A stretch of 64,000 bases of DNA. It comes from an uncultured Flavobacteriaceae bacterium. GTDB lineage: Bacteria; Bacteroidota; Bacteroidia; Flavobacteriales; Flavobacteriaceae. Where the stretch lies: contig CAVYGO010000004.1 of NCBI GenBank assembly GCA_963768085.1, positions 12,135-76,134 on the forward strand, given 5' to 3'. Below the pieces are notes generated by a model that saw only the letters and a list, made by a program, of their open reading frames with translations, did not search any database and was not told where the DNA came from. Shown piece after piece: positions 60,494-64,000 of the stretch. The number at the start of each line of letters is the position of its first letter. Position 1 is the first letter of the stretch. Both the position numbers and the translations under genes were made by a program.

Positions 60494-61814
60494 TGATGAC
60501 AGTGATTAATGCCAACCCATAAATAAAGGCCGGCGCAGCTATTCGCATGGATGAATGATTAATGGTTAAAAACCAAAACAGGAAAAATACATAGAAATAG
60601 ACATTCGTCTTATTCCGAAGCCTTATGGTTAAGGGAGTTATTACTAAAATTATTAATGCAAATAATCCAGATAGTCCGTGCTCGGAGAGTATTCTGCTCA
60701 ATTCGTTATGCGAGGCAGAAACTCTTCCAGTTTGTTCGATACGAAATTCCTTTACCTTTCCAACTCCGATACCGGTTAAAGGAAATTCGTAAAATGCCTG
60801 AAGTTCCGAGTCAAGAAGTTCTAACCGTCCCGTGGAAAGATCGGCCTTTTCCCTACCCGCAGCATCCTGATTGGCATAACGTTTGTCTATCAAACCAGAC
60901 GTTGAGAATGATGTGAATAACCAAGTGACACCTATCACAACAGCGATGGTAGCTATACGGGGCACCAGTACCGCCTTCTGAATTGTGCTGCTTTTAATGA
61001 AATAAACAAGGAAAAATGCCATAGCACAGATCACAGCAGTTAGAACTCCTCCTCTCGAAAAAGTAACCATGGCACGATAACTTAGAAAGGCAAGCAAACT
61101 AAGATCGATTATGTTTAGCAGAAGCTGTTTCTTAATAAAAAGTCTTGCAAATAATACGATCATTCCTAGTCCCAGAATAGTAGCCACCTGATTGGGTCCA
61201 AAACCTCCGGAAGCTTCAAAATTTGACTGTGTTCCGGTTAATACATCCTTGATACTCGGTGTATAAAGATATAAATACACCGTCATAGATATTATAGGCA
61301 GGAGTAATGACAACAATATTTCATTTAATCTTCCAACAGACATTCGCCTGTCGTAGCAATACAATGCCGATATACCCAAACAAACAGGACCACTTAAATT
61401 AAAACCAACAGCATTGGCAACACTGGATTCATAATCCAGGTTTATTGCAGAAAATAATATTCCTGGTATTAAGAGTAACAGATAAACCACATAGATCCAG
61501 GATTTCCTTTTGAATCCCCGGTAGAACATACCAATAGTAAGGAACATTATCACAGAGTACTTGGCAAACTCGTAGGTAAAAGCACCTCCGGTCATACGTG
61601 AAAAAACCTCAAAGCCAGTTACATAAGCTGCTGCAAGCAGCACTTCATCCTTCCTATTCCGATTGTAAATGATTCTAACAAGGAAATATACAATAGCGCC
61701 AAATAAGATAAACTTTGCCGAAGACCTGAAATTGTAAACAATGAGGGCTATTAGTAAATGGAGCAATACCAATTGCACGTAGGTTATTTTCTTTATGGGC
61801 TTTGCGGTCTTCAA
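60459..61814 (-). CDS. O-antigen ligase/polymerase (Wzy-like) family membrane protein
   Basis: 451 aa with about 11 TM helices and a large loop containing ...SRGGVLTAV.... It overlaps its neighbours by 35 nt and 4 nt. Confidence 0.7.
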   Translation of the reverse strand: MKTAKPIKKITYVQLVLLHLLIALIVYNFRSSAKFILFGAIVYFLVRIIYNRNRKDEVLLAAAYVTGFEVFSRMTGGAFTYEFAKYSVIMFLTIGMFYRGFKRKSWIYVVYLLLLIPGILFSAINLDYESSVANAVGFNLSGPVCLGISALYCYDRRMSVGRLNEILLSLLLPIISMTVYLYLYTPSIKDVLTGTQSNFEASGGFGPNQVATILGLGMIVLFARLFIKKQLLLNIIDLSLLAFLSYRAMVTFSRGGVLTAVICAMAFFLVYFIKSSTIQKAVLVPRIATIAVVIGVTWLFTSFSTSGLIDKRYANQDAAGREKADLSTGRLELLDSELQAFYEFPLTGIGVGKVKEFRIEQTGRVSASHNELSRILSEHGLSGLFALIILVITPLTIRLRNKTNVYFYVFFLFWFLTINHSSMRIAAPAFIYGLALITVINGKKKTPLPGK

Positions 61815-62872
61815 CTTTCGTACATCTCCATTAACTCAGGCAATATAGCTTGAAAAGAATAATTCTTCTCTATATGTTTCTGAAAAAACACTGCATCATT
61901 TTGTGCTTTTTCTGGATTTTTCAAATAAATCAATAATGCTTCTGCCAGAGCTTCCGAATTTTCAGCAGGAACAACCAGGCCTTTTGTTCCAATAACATCT
62001 GCACACTGACCCACATCCGTGCATACCACCGGAAGCCCGTTAATACCGTATTCCAACAGGGCGACTGGCAATCCTTCGGAACTTGATGATAACACACCAA
62101 CCGTGGCCTGTTGTAATAACAGGTTTACATCCTGTCTGGCACCATGGAAATATACACGTTTTAAATTTTCAATCCCTACATAATTCTTTAGTTCCAACAT
62201 ATATTCCCTATCAATATCCTTTCCCAGAAGATGTAACGAAGCTCCGGGAATTGAAGCCTGAACCTGTTTGAACGCTCTCAGGAGGTTTATGTGATCCTTT
62301 TGCCTTCTCAGGTTCGCGAGACAGACAATACGAAATTCCGGATCACCGTCCAGGGTTGTTTCAGAAGATATCACTGTATGTTTCGAAACAAAATTCCGAA
62401 TAAATCTGACTCGCTGGCAACGTAATTTCTTTTCAGCCCAGTCATGCAAAATTTCGTTTACAGAAATAATCCCATTAAAATAACGAGAACAATATCGCAA
62501 GGTATTATGACTTCGATTATCTACTTCTTCACTATTTCCGTAATGGTCATGCCAGATAAGTCGGACCCTTGGGTACATTATTTTAACAAGTGTAGCCCAG
62601 AAAAAACTACTACTGTGTGCATGGATTACATCTATTCCGTTTTTCTTTACCGCCTTGGTTAATCGCCTGAATCCAGCTATATCCATCGAACTTTTTTTTC
62701 TTAAAAATATATAGTTGACGTCAGAATTAATGGAATCTTTTAACAAGCCTTCATCTCTACTAACACATAAAAAGGAATCGAAACCATGTTCATGTAGTTC
62801 ATTAGCCAGGGTAACAGCCATGCGTTCTGCACCACCGGGTTGTAACGAATCTATGAGCTGAAGAACTTTCAT
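61811..62872 (-). CDS. Glycosyltransferase family 4 (GT-B)
   Basis: 353 aa. N-terminal MKVLQLIDSLQPGGAE and the E-x7-E region SSSEGLPVALLEYGINGLPVV. Confidence 0.85.
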   Translation of the reverse strand: MKVLQLIDSLQPGGAERMAVTLANELHEHGFDSFLCVSRDEGLLKDSINSDVNYIFLRKKSSMDIAGFRRLTKAVKKNGIDVIHAHSSSFFWATLVKIMYPRVRLIWHDHYGNSEEVDNRSHNTLRYCSRYFNGIISVNEILHDWAEKKLRCQRVRFIRNFVSKHTVISSETTLDGDPEFRIVCLANLRRQKDHINLLRAFKQVQASIPGASLHLLGKDIDREYMLELKNYVGIENLKRVYFHGARQDVNLLLQQATVGVLSSSSEGLPVALLEYGINGLPVVCTDVGQCADVIGTKGLVVPAENSEALAEALLIYLKNPEKAQNDAVFFQKHIEKNYSFQAILPELMEMYES

Positions 62873-63984
62873 TTCAACAATTTGGTTATTTCCTTATCAA
62901 AAGTATCCAGTGTATAACCATGCGACCATTGTTGGGCAGCTTTCGAAATTTCCTGGAGCCTGACCCCATCTTTCAACATACCTGTTATCTTTTCGATATC
63001 CCTGTCCAGATCAGCATCTATTAATATACCACGATTCTCGTTATCAAGCATCCACGGCACACAGGAAATAGCTGTAACCAATGGGATGCAACCCCAAAAC
63101 ATACTTTCAGCAACTACCTTAGGCCATCCTTCAGATTTAGACGGCAAGATCATAAAATGACTTTCTTTATAAGCATCTTCCAATACTTGCGATGGCTGAT
63201 TCCCATGTATATGAATAGTCTCACGAAGATTGTTTGCAGATACATATTCTTTAATAACATCAGCCTCAACACCATTACCAAAAATTGATAGCTCGCATGG
63301 ATACCCATCTGATCGCAACCGTTCGATAAGTCGAACAGCGAATAAAGGACGTTTTCCGGGCGACAAACTTCCAGCGAAGACAAACTTGAAGGGAGGATAA
63401 AAGTCCTTCTCTACTATTGTTGGTACTTTACTTTCAGAATAAGTTGCAGTAAAAAAGGGTTTAATATTCTTAGTTGTTCCAGGCCATTCTCCATACACCA
63501 ATACCTGCATATTTCTGGTGAGGAACGTATTTGAAAGTACCCATTTCTGAAATCGATAACTCAGCGGTTGTTTCGAATTTGGATCCCAGTTACCCGCGTA
63601 TTTCGCTGTTTTTGATTTCTTCGGAAAAAAGATCTGAACCAGGCATCCCAATAATCCAATATTCCCCGGACAACGCAAATGAATATGATCCGCTCTTCGC
63701 ATTACACTGAAAATCTGCCAAACAATAACTGGCAGCATAAATATTGTGCGTATCGCCTGACCTATGGATACAAGCGAGATCGAGGGTATAGGATAGATCC
63801 TCCCGATCTTGCCTGAATATGGCAGATCTATTTTTGTTGCGGTCTTTTTGATCACCGGTGCCACAATTAGCACTAAATCAACATGCTTTATCCAAAGGTT
63901 CATCTCCCTCACATACGGTCCGTAGGCAGAGACTACATCCTGTTCGGTGTAGTGCTCGACGTGAGTAACGATGGCAAATGTCAT
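62869..63984 (-). CDS. Glycosyltransferase (GT4-like)
   Basis: 371 aa with C-terminal PSKSEGWPKVVAESMFWGCIPLV (E-x7-E). The start overlaps the next gene by 4 nt. Confidence 0.75.
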   Translation of the reverse strand: MTFAIVTHVEHYTEQDVVSAYGPYVREMNLWIKHVDLVLIVAPVIKKTATKIDLPYSGKIGRIYPIPSISLVSIGQAIRTIFMLPVIVWQIFSVMRRADHIHLRCPGNIGLLGCLVQIFFPKKSKTAKYAGNWDPNSKQPLSYRFQKWVLSNTFLTRNMQVLVYGEWPGTTKNIKPFFTATYSESKVPTIVEKDFYPPFKFVFAGSLSPGKRPLFAVRLIERLRSDGYPCELSIFGNGVEADVIKEYVSANNLRETIHIHGNQPSQVLEDAYKESHFMILPSKSEGWPKVVAESMFWGCIPLVTAISCVPWMLDNENRGILIDADLDRDIEKITGMLKDGVRLQEISKAAQQWSHGYTLDTFDKEITKLLK

Positions 63985-64000
63985 TATTGGAGGCTTTTAT

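Overview
This 64 kb window looks like ordinary chromosomal sequence from a Bacteroidota genome, most likely a marine-type Flavobacteriaceae. Supporting signals are TTTG-N19/20-TAnnTTTG promoter motifs, a T9SS C-terminal sorting domain, a PorV/PorQ-family barrel, a split transketolase and a flavobacterial zeaxanthin cluster. I found no integrase, transposase, CRISPR array, toxin-antitoxin pair or recognisable defence system, and I cannot support a claim of a new biological system here.

Content, left to right:
- 1-8 kb: EamA transporter (partial), LptF/G permease, tgt, split transketolase with an extra secreted-protein gene between the halves, an FKBP-like/TSP3-repeat lipoprotein, S4/Hsp15-like protein, a phosphoribosyltransferase and aroK.
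- 8-13 kb: tRNA-Lys(TTT) and tRNA-Leu(GAG) followed by a duplicated terminator-containing segment, then a MerR/B12-domain regulator with crtI-crtB-crtZ and a lycopene-cyclase-domain gene.
- 13-26 kb: TlpA-like oxidoreductase, aconitase, an acyltransferase, a co-directional block of three SurA/parvulin-type chaperone genes plus a MoxR ATPase, SRPBCC protein, Skp and guaB.
- 26-34 kb: TonB-dependent receptor, haem-binding-domain protein, 5'-nucleotidase, HMG-CoA lyase, LysE, a spondin-domain T9SS cargo and pyrD.
- 34-40 kb: pepT, yajC, DUF1573, nusB, Leu-type dehydrogenase and an ABC exporter.
- 40-48 kb: PUR-like protein, M14 peptidase, SulP, a histidine kinase, tRNA-binding protein, thioredoxin-like protein and a DinB-family protein.
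- 48-55 kb: a cyclophilin-FKBP fusion, recQ, kpsF, tatC, AhpD-like protein, lptB and pssA.
- 55-64 kb: PorV-family barrel, DUF4105 protein, and the start of a polysaccharide (glycosyltransferase / Wzy-like / priming transferase) locus that runs off the window.

The most unusual thing is at the sequence level. Two discrete blocks (about 34.8-38.8 kb and 48.8-53.3 kb) carry many single-base frameshifts in otherwise well-conserved housekeeping genes, while everything outside the blocks is intact. I read this as more likely a sequence-quality artefact than real gene decay, but that needs reads to settle.

All functional calls rest on my recognition of motifs in the translated ORFs. No database search was possible.
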